Positions 11,308-24,372 of a stretch of DNA of 64,000 bases are shown piece after piece. Where the stretch lies: contig NC_043004.1 of NCBI RefSeq assembly GCF_006345805.1, positions 1-64,000 on the forward strand, given 5' to 3'. The DNA comes from Octopus sinensis (Eukaryota). The position numbers and the translations under genes were made by a program. The stretch's first letter is position 1. Each line of letters begins with the position of its first letter. The notes beneath the pieces were generated by a model that was not told where the DNA came from, did no database searches, and saw only the letters and a program-made list of their open reading frames with translations.

Positions 11308-12515
11308 TACGGGGTGAGTAAGGTATTTGAGGACATACCTTTCTTGGGTCATTGCTACATTTTTTGCTAACTCTGTATAATCTTTGTTTCAGAAAATAAT
11401 AATTTCAGACCCTCAGCTTACTCAAGAAATGAAGAGGCATGCTGTTATTGTGGTTATAAAGGCTGAGTACAGCGATTTAGAAATATCTTGATTTTCAAAA
11501 GCTGCTAGATCTTTCGTCTACAAAATTTGTAAGGAGTTAGAGACTGAAGATGGAAGTGTATCACCAGTATCAAAGCATAAAAAGCATTCTAAACGCTCTG
11601 AAACCATCAGAACACCTGAATTTATCCAGTAAGTTCAATAGACCATTGATTACAATCCCCAAAAGTCCATGAGGTCAATTGCGAAAGATCTCCATGTGTC
11701 AGAAGGAACATGTGTCAGAAATGTTGTTCACGAAGACACCAGATTTAAATATTATATTATGAGGAAAGGTAATTTTGTCAGAAAAAGCAAAAGAAAATTA
11801 CTACATCAGATCTAAAAGGCTCTTAAACAAAATGAAAAATCCAGCAGAAGATTTAATTTGGTTTTTCTCAAACGAGATAAACTTCGACTAAGATCAAAAA
11901 ATTAACAAAAGAAATGACAGATGGTTATGGCGCAGACCCTTCTGAAGTTCCAAAATTTCCTGCAACTATCATGGTTTTAGGGGTTGTCAGCAATGAAGGA
12001 CATGTGATGCCTCCTTACTTCTGTCTACAAGGTCCTGGAAATAATTGTTAAGCCCTGAACAGACAGTGTATGCAATGGAAGGCCATATGTGTTTCAGTAA
12101 GACTCTGCACTATCACACATGGCTCTAGTAATACAGGAATGGATGGCTGAAAACTTTCATGATCATATAGCCCCTAACATTTGGCCTCCTAATTCCACAG
12201 ATCTCAATCCATTGGACTATTACATGTGGAGCGTTGTTGAGAGAAAGGTCAATGAACATGGCCATAACACCAAAGTTTCTTTGAAAGCAGCCATAGTCAG
12301 AGTAATGTCCAAAATGAACCAAGATCACTTGATTCGAGCATGTAGATGATTTAGATCTCATATAGAAACAGTTGTTGGAGCTGAAGGTGGCTTTATTGAA
12401 AAACATTATAGAAGGTTTATTTTTTCCTAATAGTTTTTTTGATATATAAAGTTATCATCTGTTATTATATACCTGTTTTTTTTTATAAACATAAATCTGT
12501 CTTCAAATATCTCTG
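11308..12515 (+). mobile_element. Degenerate maT (DD37D) Tc1/mariner-superfamily transposon
   Basis: Fragments read IRTPEFI, NPQKSMRSIAKDLHVSEGT, FFSNEINFD, NDRWL, FQ*DSALSH...WPPNSTDLNPLDYYMW...EGGFIE. There are 37 residues between the second and third Asp by hand count. Partial TIR: GGTATTTGAGGACA (11322-11335) / TGTCTTCAAATATC (12498-12511). Confidence 0.85.
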
Positions 12516-12527
12516 TGTGTGTTTGTG

Positions 12528-12567
<40 letters not shown>

Positions 12568-13102
12568 ACGAGCTTCTTTCAGGCTATAGAAGACACTTGC
12601 CCAAGGTGCCACGCACTAGGACTGAACCCGGAACCAAGTTGTTGGGAAGCATGCTTCTCAATAAACAGTCACACTTGCGGATCTTTTAGTATATTTTGAA
12701 ATATTATCAGAAAGTTCGGAAGACAATTTAGCTTAACAAATTGGACTAAGATGGAAAAGAATGGTGCAATGGGAACGAATTGGAAGTGCATTGTGACCAG
12801 CGGTGTATAACAACATCTAATATTCTGTCGATGCTGTGATATAGTGTTTGAAAGTCAGGAAGGAACCGCTTACCTTTATGTTCTTATATATAAAAATATG
12901 CCTTGCGAGCGATAAGTGTAAAAGCGACTGTTTCAAGGTCGCATTTTTCATTTCAGTTCTGGCTTGAATGAGGATGCTCCAAACTTTTTAGATTACCTAC
13001 AAGCAAGCTCACTTTAATAACATGCATATATGCATACATACATACATACATACATACATACATACATACATACATGCATACATACATACATACATACATA
13101 CA

Positions 13103-13137
<35 letters not shown>

Positions 13138-13399
13138 GTACATACATACATACATATGGAGAAAGTTAATTTGAAGACTACAGATCCAATCCATCACTGG
13201 AACTGTAAAAATCTGTAAAGCTTTCCAGAAGTTTATCATTTAAACATGTATGAGCATGTCAAGATATGCAGCTATATGCATGAGAATACATAACATAAAG
13301 CAAAACATACAAATCTGAATATATACATTCGTACGTACATACATACATACATACATACATACATACATACATACATACATACATACATACATACAGACA

Positions 13400-13443
<44 letters not shown>

Positions 13444-14200
13444 ACAGTTAATAAACTGGCATTTTGCGGGCAACTGCCTTTAAGAAAAAGTGGGAATAAT
13501 ACGAGATCAGTTTGGTTCGCAGCAGTAAGAAGACTGTCTGAACTGGTTGGTCTCCATGTTGTTGGTGTGTGGTGAACATGGGGTCGTAAATTGTGGAATA
13601 TTCCTCAGAGTTCTTTCGCCAAGAATCTAACCTCAACTTCCAGGCTAAAGACCGCGTGCGTGTGACGAAAATTAGTTTTATAAGAGTGCTGGTATGAATA
13701 GGAAAATTAACTAATAGATTGTATTTAATTTTTGTTGGTTTGCAGGTCCTGTTATTTGATTTTGTGGCTCTCATAGCAATCGTGACGTCCTGGCTTTATC
13801 AGTATTTGTCCAAAAAGCTTTGAGGCCAATGAAGTGTACATGCTTTGTATGTGCAAGTGCTCAACTGTGCTGCCAATAGAACATGCACCAAATCTGAACT
13901 TTCCATCTGGAAGACGACGTACGCCACAAACATATATCCGTATTGCGGATGAGACAGTTGGCCACTGTGCGTGAGATGTTAGCGTTGACAATACCTACGA
14001 TAAGCATTTCCATAAGGTAGGTTCTGGCTGGGCCTGCTGTATGTCCAATCCGTCCCTACAAATGTCATTAGCGGAGGTCAGCGGTTGTTCCTTTGCTAAA
14101 ATGTTGGAGCTTCAATTGGTAGGCGTTTGACAGGCGGTTGACGAGGCAATCGTCAACGACCAGTGATGGAGTGTTCTGTGAAGGGCAACAAGGTCTAAAA

Positions 14201-14439
14201 CAGTGGCTCTCAGCTATTTTTTTTTTATCTATGGATCCCTCTGACTCTTATTTTACTCAAATGGACCCCCATAGCCATCCGATGCTTTAAAAAATCCTAT
14301 TTTGCTTTTAGAATTGAATATTATAAAGATTTGTAATAAAAAAATTTATAAATTTTGCGTATTGTACACGTATGACCAATATATTCCAATTAAAATTTTA
14401 CAAACAAAATCTTGTATGGACCCCTATTAAGATCCACTG
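14201..14439. mobile_element. hAT-type MITE
   Basis: The termini are CAGTGGCTCTC...GATCCACTG. Flanking 8-mers GTCTAAAA / GTCCAAAT match at 6 of 8 positions, as expected for a TSD. The internal sequence is related to 61701-61930. Confidence 0.6.
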
Positions 14440-14791
14440 GTCCAAATCAATAGCATTTAACAAAGAAATAGGGATAGCAATAAATACCGTATTTACTAGT
14501 GTTTAAATCACGCTATTTTAATTCTTGATTTTAACTGAAAAAACTGGGGTGCGACTTATACACGGGGCAAGCTAAAACTAAGAAGGGGATAGAAATCGTA
14601 CCGAAGAAGCAAATTAGTTAGTTAGAAAATTTCTGTAAGGGATGAAAGCAGTTACTATACTGAGAAGTAATGTTTCTTTCTTTCTTTATATATTTATTGC
14701 CCACAGGGGGCTAAACGAAGAGGGGACAACAAGGACAGACAAAGGGATTAAGTCGATTATATCGATACCAGTGAGTAACTGGTACTTATTT

Positions 14792-15027
14792 AAGGCGGCG
14801 AGCTGGCAGAAACGTTAGCACGCCGGGCGAAATGCGTAGCCGTATTTCGTCTGCCGTTACGTTGTGAGTTCAAATACCGCCGAGGTCGACTTTGCCTTTC
14901 ATCCTTTCGGGGTCGATAAATTAAGTACCAGATACGCACTGAGGTCGATGTAATCGACTTCATCCGTCTGTCTGTCCTTGTTTGTCTACTCTGTGTTTAT
15001 CCCCTTGTGGGGAGTAAAGAAATAGGT
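14792..15027 (+). mobile_element. tRNA-derived SINE family B, full copy
   Basis: AAGGCGGCGAGCTGGCAGAA.CGTTAG head, GAGTTCAAAT B-box, body GACTTTGCCTTTCATCCTTTCGGGGTCGAT and tail TAAAGAAATAGG. Other copies lie near 3392, 5035, 5262, 8965, 15690, 16390, 16560, 27978, 33040, 47590, 50150, 50385, 51670, 52018 and 63690. Confidence 0.9.
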
Positions 15028-17585
15028 ACTTATTTAATCGACCCCGAAAGGTTGAAAAACAAAGTCGACCTCGGCGGAATTCGAACTTAGAACGTAAAGA
15101 CAGACGAAATGCTACTAAGCATTTCATCCTTCGTCCTAACATTTCTGCAAGCTCACCGCCCTGAAGTAATGTTCATTGCCACTTCAACATGGCTGTTCCG
15201 TAAGTTAAAAATAATTGTAATGTCGGTTCTTACGGAAGAGTCATGTTTAAGTGGCGATAACCATTATTTAATCGTACCAAAATTTACCACAAAATTAGAA
15301 GTGTGATGTATATACAAATAAATTCAATAAATTAGACACGGATTTAGTGAGTAAATAAGAAGTGATTAGAAGCTTTTTTCGTTTTATAGTGAAGTAGTGA
15401 TTTCTTTAAAGAGTTCAAAACGTAGGCTGTAGCATGCTGTGGAATTGTGGTCTAACCACATGACTTTCCAGCGGTCTGGGATAAGTATGAAATTAACTAC
15501 AATGTGTGGAATACTAAGTAAGCGTGTGACTTCTGACTGTGAATAATGGTTTCGAAGCTAGCAACCGTCACTTAAACGAAACGTAAACTTACTTGCCAAA
15601 GCTGTTGAATTTCCCAAGTAGAGAAGATATGAAGAATTAGCCGGGAAGAGTTTATTAATATTATGATATTAAAAGCAAAACATTAACTGACAAGCTGGTA
15701 CTATCGTTAGAATGCCGGAGAAAACGCTTAGTGGCATTTCGTCCGTGTTTATGTTCTGAGTTCAAATTCCACCGAGGCCGACTTTGCCTTTAATCTTACG
15801 GGATCAATAGAATTAGTACCAGCAATCGACTAGCACCCTCCCGCAAAAATTTCAGGCCTTGGGGCTAGAGTAGAATGGTTATGAAAAACACATCAAAGCG
15901 AGGGGAAAATAAAAGTAATTTTTAGTCAGCCAAATTACGAATTTAGAATTGAAAAGAGTTATTTCCCTTGTATTGTACATTTTCTATGGAATGAAGACGC
16001 CAATATCCGACGTTACTTGCGGCCAGCTTCTAGAGTGTTAATGGTCGTGGATCGGGCTTCATGGACCTTGCACAATCCATAGACGTTAATTTCAGGACAC
16101 CAAACTAAATGATTACAGGCTATATGAAGACAGGAAAACAAAAAGCATTACCCGAAGTTCTGTAAAGGAAATGTGAAGAATTTAAGTCGAGATATATGCC
16201 TCGGATATGTTTCAAAGCAACAAGCAACAATTCGTCGGTCCCTTTAAGAATCATCATATTGCTTTAAACCCACTTCCACTGCACAGTTCTTTTTTTCTTT
16301 TCTTTTCTTTGTTTTTTTTTTTTCTTTTTCGCAGCTCCTCCGACTTCGGTAATATTGATTTCAAATTTTGGCACACGACCAGCAAGTAAGTTCTGGAAAG
16401 AGTCTGAGTCGATTATATCGACCCCAGTGTTTCACTGATGCTTAATTTATCAGCCCCAGAAAGGATGAAGGGCAAAGTCGACCTCAGCGGAATTTGAACT
16501 CAGAGCATAAAGACAGTTCTGGCTGGGCCTTTCCACAGAAATATTAGTATCAAATTTTGGCACAGTGCCTACAAGTTTGAGGTAGAGGATGAGTTGATCA
16601 AATCCCCCCTCACCCCCGCAGTACTCAACTGGTTCTTGTATCCTGGACCCCGAAAGGATGAAAGGCAAAGCCGACCTCAGCGGGATTTGCACACAGAGCG
16701 TAAAGACGGCCGAAATGCCGCAAACCATTTTGCTCACTGTGCAAACGGTTCTTCCAGCTTCATACCTTTATGCTTCATACCTTCTCAGTTAAGACAACAA
16801 AATTGCTGAATGTTCTGGAATAACTGAAGGTACGCCATGACACCTTACGGAAACCGATATACTACTAAACCGGAAGCAACTGACACTTCGTTGTGAAAGG
16901 TTAGCGATGTCTTCTCTATCAATATTTGTTAACTCCCTTTGATTTAGTCATTCAGCAAGCTCGGCATATTAATTACGGTCTCGTTTAATTAGACATATAA
17001 AAGAAATTAACATTACAACAGTATAAAAAATAGCACAGACAAGAATATACTTCAGATATTTAATATATACAATTTCGTTGATAGCTGTTTTGTTTATCAT
17101 GTGTGTGTGTGTGTGTGTATTATCTATATGTATATATACGTGTGTGTGAGTCTCTGTGTATGTGTGTGTGTTAAAATTCAAGGTCAATATTTACAAACAT
17201 ATAATAGGTATGTATTGTTGTTAATTAGATACTAAGAAATACATTTTTGAGTCAAAATCTCGAATACAAAAACAGTTGATATATTCCTCCTTAAGTATTT
17301 GATATGTCAGATCAATGAATACAGTCGATTTACAGAAGTAATCCCATATTATTTGTCTCCGCTGTTTTTCTGTAGATTTTTTTCACAGAAATAAAGAAAA
17401 AAAATCCACGCGCACATTGTTGTCTGAGAAAGAAAATTCTGAATAACAAAAATACTTTAAACGATTTAGGGATAAATTGGGCCCTAATGAAATACTGTCA
17501 CATCCTTCTCTTAGAATATAACATATTCTATAGATGTTGTGTAGTATATACGTATATCTGTGTGTGTGTGTGATGGATAAATATT

Positions 17586-17790
17586 TTTATTCGTGGGTTA
17601 ACAAGGCTACCAATGGTTTCATGTAAAGGTGAATCTCTTGACAATTATCAACCCAGCTATATGGAAATTTGGTTCTCGTCTCCATTTGAGATGAGAATAT
17701 GGAGACGAGTCCCAACGTTCCCATGTGGCTGGCTTGATAAATTGTTCAGAGATTCTTTCTTACATGAAACCATAGGTAGCCACGAATGAA
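17586..17790. repeat. Imperfect long palindrome (foldback)
   Basis: The arms pair from TTTATTCGTGG / CCACGAATGAA inward to the perfect CTCGTCTCCAT / ATGGAGACGAG. Confidence 0.85.
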
Positions 17791-18013
17791 GCTTTTATAT
17801 ATATATACACATATATATGTTATATATATGTATATAGCATGGGGTTTTGTCAGTGAACAGGTCACGATCTCAAAGCGACGAAAATATTTTGGCAAATTAA
17901 ATTTAAATGTTGAAGTGAATCTAACGGTGTTTGTGTGTTTTTAAATGGCTTATAAACAAACACCTTTCACATTGCAATTATATATATGTATATATATATA
18001 TATTATATATATA

Positions 18014-18069
<56 letters not shown>

Positions 18070-18072
18070 AAG

Positions 18073-18135
<63 letters not shown>

Positions 18136-19084
18136 GAGACAGACCGATAGATAGATAGATATTTGCTTCGATGAAACTCCACAAAAGAGTAAAACTGATG
18201 TATTGATATGTATTTACAACAAACAGTGTTTATTTTCTTTGCAGCTGCAATCACTTCTATTTCACAGCATATATATATATGTGTGTGTGTGTGTGGCTAT
18301 TCAAGATTTTCCTATTATCGATAAAATGTAATTAACATCCGAAATTAAATTGTTTCAATTGGTCGAGAAGCTATTAATCTTACCCGCACAGTTTCGAATT
18401 CAGAAAAAACAAAAACTGCTCTTTGCTTAAAAACAATGCAGAGGTAAGGTAGCAAGAGAATGAAAAAAGCTGATTGTTTTCTATAAATAAGATGCTTTTT
18501 TCTTTCTTTCTTTCTTCTGATGGATGTTTATAGCTTTTTTACAACTGACGTAGTTATCGTAAATCTGAGGAACTTGCCAAAATAATTGCCGAATTCTAAT
18601 TAAAAGCTTTATATATAAATAGACACATTCTTGCACAGATATTACCTGGTTTTTGTTTTTTAGTTTAAATTGGTACGTTAAACGAGTATTATTACAAAAT
18701 GTATAAATAAAGTCATTGCAATAGAATTAAATAAATAAATAGATAAAATATGAGCGAGGTGAAAAAAAAAGTAACGCCAAGTGAAGTGATTCGATGAGTG
18801 AACAAATAAATGTTTTCTAGAGAGGTGGCGACATTCATTACGTTCTGAACGATTAAGTTGGACGAATAAAAGTTGGAAAGTTTTGAGAAATTTCCAACGA
18901 ACTTGAGTCTACGAAGAACCAGTTTGTTACAGCGTGGCTTCATGTTCAAGATTTCGTTCCTATTCGGCTGAGTTTTAAAAAGAAAGAGATCTTTTCTTCT
19001 TTCTCTTTCTAGCAAACACGCGATCGCGTGTTGCTGCTAGGGGTTCGTTTTGGAGATACGCATTTATTCTTTTATTCTGTTATT

Positions 19085-19375
19085 CTTTTGTTTGTTTCAG
19101 TCATTTGACTGTAGCCATGCTGGAGCACCGCCTTTAGTCGAGCAAATCGACCCCAGAACATATTCTTTGTGAGCCTAGTACTTATTCCATCGGTCTCTTT
19201 TGTTGAACCGCTAAGTTACGGGGACGTAAACACACCAATATCGGTTGTCAAGCGATGTTAGGTGGGGGGACAAACATAGACACACAAACACACACATTTA
19301 CGACGGGCTTCTTTCAGTTTCCGACACTGGCCCAAGGTGCCATGCAGTGGGATTGAACCCGAAACCACACAGCCA
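19085..19375 (-). mobile_element. SINE family A copy
   Basis: Reverse-complement match to family A. Confidence 0.85.
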
Positions 19376-19802
19376 CAAACAAATATTTCTCCCTTATAAA
19401 TGAGAAATATGGTATCTGAGAGGAAGCTGGATATTAAATTGATGTCAATCGGGGATATTGCAGGAGTAATCTCCGAAGATATAAGAATTACTAAACTCTA
19501 AGAGGAACACTTTGTCTTCCAGACATTCAGAACATACATTCTTTTGTTCTTTGTAAATATCTTTCTTTTACTTTTTATCTTTCACTCGTTTCACTCATCA
19601 GACAGCGGCCAAGCTGGGGCACCACCTTCAAGAATTGTTAGTCGAATGAATCGAAGCCAGTACTTATTCTATCTGATCTCCTTTTGCCGAATTGCTAAGT
19701 TACAGGGACGTCAACAAACCAACACCACTTGTTAAGTGGTGGTGAGGTACAAACATAGAAGCAAAGACACGCACACACACACACGTGCATAGGTATATCG
19801 TG

Positions 19803-20155
19803 GCACTCCGTCGGTTACGACGACGAGGGTTCCAGTTGATCTGATCAACAGAACAGCCTGCTCGTGAAATTAACGTGTAAGTGGCTGAGCACTCCACAGA
19901 CATGTGTACGTAGTTCTCAGGGAGATTCAGCGCGACACTAAGTGTGACAAGATCCTTTGAAACACAGATACAACAGAAACAGAAAGATAGAGTGAGAGAA
20001 AGTTGTGGTGAAAGAGTACAGCAGGGGTCGCCGGAGCCTCGTGAAGCTTTAGGTGCTTTCGCTCAATAAACACTCACAACACCCGGTCTGGGAATCGAAG
20101 CCACGATCCTGCAACCGCGAGTCCGCTGCCCTAACCACTGGGCCATTGCGCCCCC
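19803..20155 (-). mobile_element. SINE family C, full copy
   Basis: Aligns along its whole length with 38154-38522. A 3' half also lies at 21095-21305 (plus). Confidence 0.88.
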
Positions 20156-20554
20156 ACTATTAGTATATACGTTTAAATGTATATATGACTGCCTCTTTTA
20201 GTTTCCGTCTACCAAATCCACTCACAAGGCTTTGGTCAGCGACCCATGACTATAATAGAAGATACTTGCCCAAGGTGCCACACAGTGGCACTCAATCTGG
20301 AACTAGAAAGCAAACTTCTTGCCACACAAACCATACCTATACACAGTAAGCATAAAGAATTCTTATACAAACATTTAGAAGTATAACAAGGAATATTTTC
20401 CAACAAGTGCCGATAGACTTTTCTTGTCAGCAGGAAGGTTTTTTCTTATTCTTCCATTACAGAAAACAATATAGGAATTCACTTCACATTAATAATTATG
20501 AACCTGAGATATCACCCTCTTTAGTTCCATTTGTGTTTCTTTCCGGAAGGAACC

Positions 20555-20588
20555 AACAAATGTCATTTATATTTTGTCTTTATTTATT
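20555..20588 (-). promoter_or_regulatory. Candidate polyadenylation signal of the vestigial-like gene
   Basis: The minus strand has overlapping AATAAATAAA (20588-20579) about 255 nt after the stop codon, followed by ...GACA and a GU-rich TTTGTTGGTT element. Confidence 0.35.
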
Positions 20589-20842
20589 AGTTTTTGTTTT
20601 GTTTTGTTTTGTTCATAAGAAAATATGAAATTCATTGATATCCTTGTGAAAAATTCTTTCAAGAATTACTTGGTTTCATTTTTCTCTGAATAAAGTTTCT
20701 TGGTTCGAAGAGATGCAAATCAGAATTTTCATTTAATACTTTCGAGGAATTTTTTTTTTCTTTTTTCTTTGGTAAATTTGGATTATCATATATTTATATT
20801 TATATATTTATGTCTATTATATTTTTCTTTTGTCACTTTCTG

Positions 20843-20892
20843 TTAATACCAGTACATATCTTTGCCTGTATCTGAAACAGGATTTTCAACAC
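20843..20892 (-). CDS. vg: Terminal coding exon of the vestigial-like gene
   Basis: The minus strand reads ttttctaatttcag|GT GTT GAA AAT CCT GTT TCA GAT ACA GGC AAA GAT ATG TAC TGG TAT TAA = (G)VENPVSDTGKDMYWY*. The phase matches the phase-1 donor at 31948. The C-terminus resembles the KDLYWF-type ends of Vestigial/VGLL proteins. The implied intron is 20893-31948 (11056 nt). Confidence 0.88.
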
Positions 20893-21313
20893 CTGAAATT
20901 AGAAAAGAATATACGAATAAATTAATTTAAGGTTAATTCATATATATATATTTTGAAGAAAAAAACAAGCAAACAAAAAAAAAAAAAAAAAACATGAAAA
21001 TGAACAGATAATTAATGAGAAAAAAAAATTACTTAATGATAATTCTATCCCATAGCCTAAGCCGTTGTACAGCGAACCCTGCTGTAATCTTTCACCACAA
21101 TTTTCTTTCACTCTTTGTTTCTGTTGTGTCTGAATTTCAAAGGGCCCAGACTTGTCACACTGTGTCACGCTGAATCTCCGCCGAGAACTACGTTACGGGT
21201 ACACGTGTCTGTGGAGTGCTCAGCCACTTGTACGTTTTTTTCACGAGCTGACTGTTCCGTTGATCGGATCAACTGGAACCCTCGTCGTCGTAACCAACGG
21301 AATGCCGTTCATT

Positions 21314-21383
<70 letters not shown>

Positions 21384-21384
21384 T

Positions 21385-21450
<66 letters not shown>

Positions 21451-21863
21451 CTAGTTTCAGCTCAGAGCTGCGGCCATATTTACATATATATATGTAAAAG
21501 TAAAAAAAAATATATAAACTGGGACAAGAACGTGAAACACCAAGAAGACGACACAAGAACCACAGGACGGGACATTCGAAGCCCTCAGTCATCAGTCAAG
21601 AACCGGATCATCTTCGCAATTTCGGCTGATTAATCTTGAGATTGCTCCGACCTGGGCAGCCACCAAGGGAAATCTAAGCCAAGCGCATTAGATCCCTTGG
21701 AAGAAAGCCTCGAATGTATACAACACAAGGACGGAAAACGGACGATGTACACGAATAAAAATACGTGAAAACAATAAGGAAAGCACGAATAAGAATACAA
21801 AAACGTAAAAACAATAATGGTAAGGATAAAAACAAAATCAGGACGTCAGGACAAATATATATA

Positions 21864-21903
<40 letters not shown>

Positions 21904-22087
21904 ATATACATATATATATATATTTATATGTATGTATGCATGTATATACATACATATACATGTGTGTGTGTGTGTTTGTACCTGTGATTGTCCTTCATTA
22001 CCGCCTGACAACCGGTGTTGGTGTGTTTACGTCTCCGTAACAGCGGTTCGGCAAAAAGAGACCCCATAGAATAAGTACCAAGCTTGA

Positions 22088-22118
<31 letters not shown>

Positions 22119-23173
22119 AAATAGAATACTGGTGTCGAATCATTTGACTAAAAATTCTTCAGGACGGTGTCTCCAGCATGGCCGCAGTCAAATGACTCAA
22201 AACAAGTATAAAAGACACTCTTATTTTCTCAAATTCTTGTTTGTTATGCTGGACATAACACAGGCGTGGCTGTGTGGTAAGAAGTTTGGTTCCCAACCAC
22301 ATGGTTCCGCGTTCAGTCGCACTGAGTGGATTTGATAGACGGAAACTGAAAGAAGCCCATCCCATCCTATATATATATATATTTCCTCGCAAGACAGTTG
22401 ATGATATTCGACAATCAGCGTCGCAAAGAAAACGCCTTGCATTCAACTCGTTCTCATCTTCATCAATTCTTTATCATTTCTCTTTTTTTCCCCGTCTTCT
22501 CCTCGTCGTCTCTCATCTTCCTTTGACTTTTCTCTTCTCTTTTCCCCTCTCTCCCTCACACCCTCTCTCTCTCTCTCTCTTCTTCTCGCTCTCAGCTGTT
22601 CTCCTTCTTCCTCTCCCCCTCTCTCTCTTTCATGCACACAACAGCATTTCCAACAACGAGAAATTATCGCCGTTCATCATTGCACATGTTCCTTCAAAAG
22701 CGAATTCGAAAGACACACCCGAATGCATATTACATATATATGCATGGACTAAAACAGAACAAGAGGAGACACGTGGAATGGAGAGCCACTGAAGAGGCCA
22801 CAAGAAGTTTAACGAAAGATTTTTCAGACAGAGAACATAAAATAAGAACAATAATAAAAGAAATCTGAAGTGAAGAACGAATATATGGTGCGTATGTTTT
22901 ACCTGACAAGAAAGAAAACATGATCGTTCTGAAATATAGCAATACATACATATACATATGTGTGTGCGTGTATGTTTATGTGTGTGTGTGTGTGTGTGTG
23001 TGTATCTGTGTGTGTGTGTGTGTCGTCAGTAAATCATAAACCCCAAAAAGAAGCACACTCTAAGTTATAGAGCAGTAGAGTATTAAGATAAAGACATATA
23101 TGGCCGGTCTCTGTGGTTACTCTGGGTTTCATGTCCCTTAAGCGTTTCTTCAGAAATACACGCGCACACACAC

Positions 23174-23229
<56 letters not shown>

Positions 23230-23268
23230 GTACTAACTAACTGTAGAACTAGAAATGTAGTCTAGAAC

Positions 23269-23512
23269 ATAAGGTGCATAGAGGGTGCTTGTAAAGACAG
23301 GAACATGACATACCTTGGTGAGACATCTAAAAGCATCGCAGAGAGATTAAATGACATTGAGACGATATGACGACAACAAAAATAAAACAGTCTTTTATAC
23401 TCTACCAAGAAAACCCAGCATGTAGGCATATTGGGTCGACTTGACATCCACATTTTATCAAGCCACCCGAAGGACCAAACACTCAGACAAATACAGGAGT
23501 ACGTTCTCATTG
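23269..23512 (+). pseudogene. Penelope-like element GIY-YIG endonuclease relic
   Basis: IRCIEGACKDRNMTYLGETSKSIAERL, then after a disruption HILSSHPKDQTLRQIQEYVLI. This matches the C..C...Y.GET.R...R and R...E..I motifs of PLE GIY-YIG domains. Confidence 0.65.
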
Positions 23513-23649
23513 CCCCGTTCTATATAGGAGACACATGTAGACGGTAGTGATACCTCAATACCTACAGTTTATACATACACAGGTAGATTTGTTAGCAGGC
23601 TTTATGTAGGCGAATATATATTATATATATATATATAATATATATTATA

Positions 23650-23651
23650 TA

Positions 23652-23684
<33 letters not shown>

Positions 23685-24341
23685 ATAGGCAGGTAAATAG
23701 ATAGATAGGTACCTAGGTAATACGGACAGACAAGCAAACACATACACGCACGCGCGCACACACACACACACAAATACACACACATACACACACAAACAGG
23801 AACACACAAACACATGAATATGCAGAATACATACATACATAATACATACATACATAATACATACATGCATAATACATACATGCATACATACATACATACA
23901 TACATACATACATACATACATGTATAATACATACATACATAAAACATACATACATACATACATGCATACATAACATACATACATACATACATACATACAT
24001 ACATAATACATACATACATACATAATACATACATACATACATACATAATACATACATGCATACATACATACATACATACATACATAATACATACATACAT
24101 GTATAATACATACATACATAAAACATACATACATACATACATGCATACATACATACATAATACATACATACATACATACATACATACATACATACATACA
24201 TACATAATACTTATATACATACATACATAATACATACATGCATGCATACATACATACATACATACATACATACATACATACATACATACATACATACATA
24301 CATACATACATACATAATACTTACATACATACATATATACA

Positions 24342-24372
<31 letters not shown>

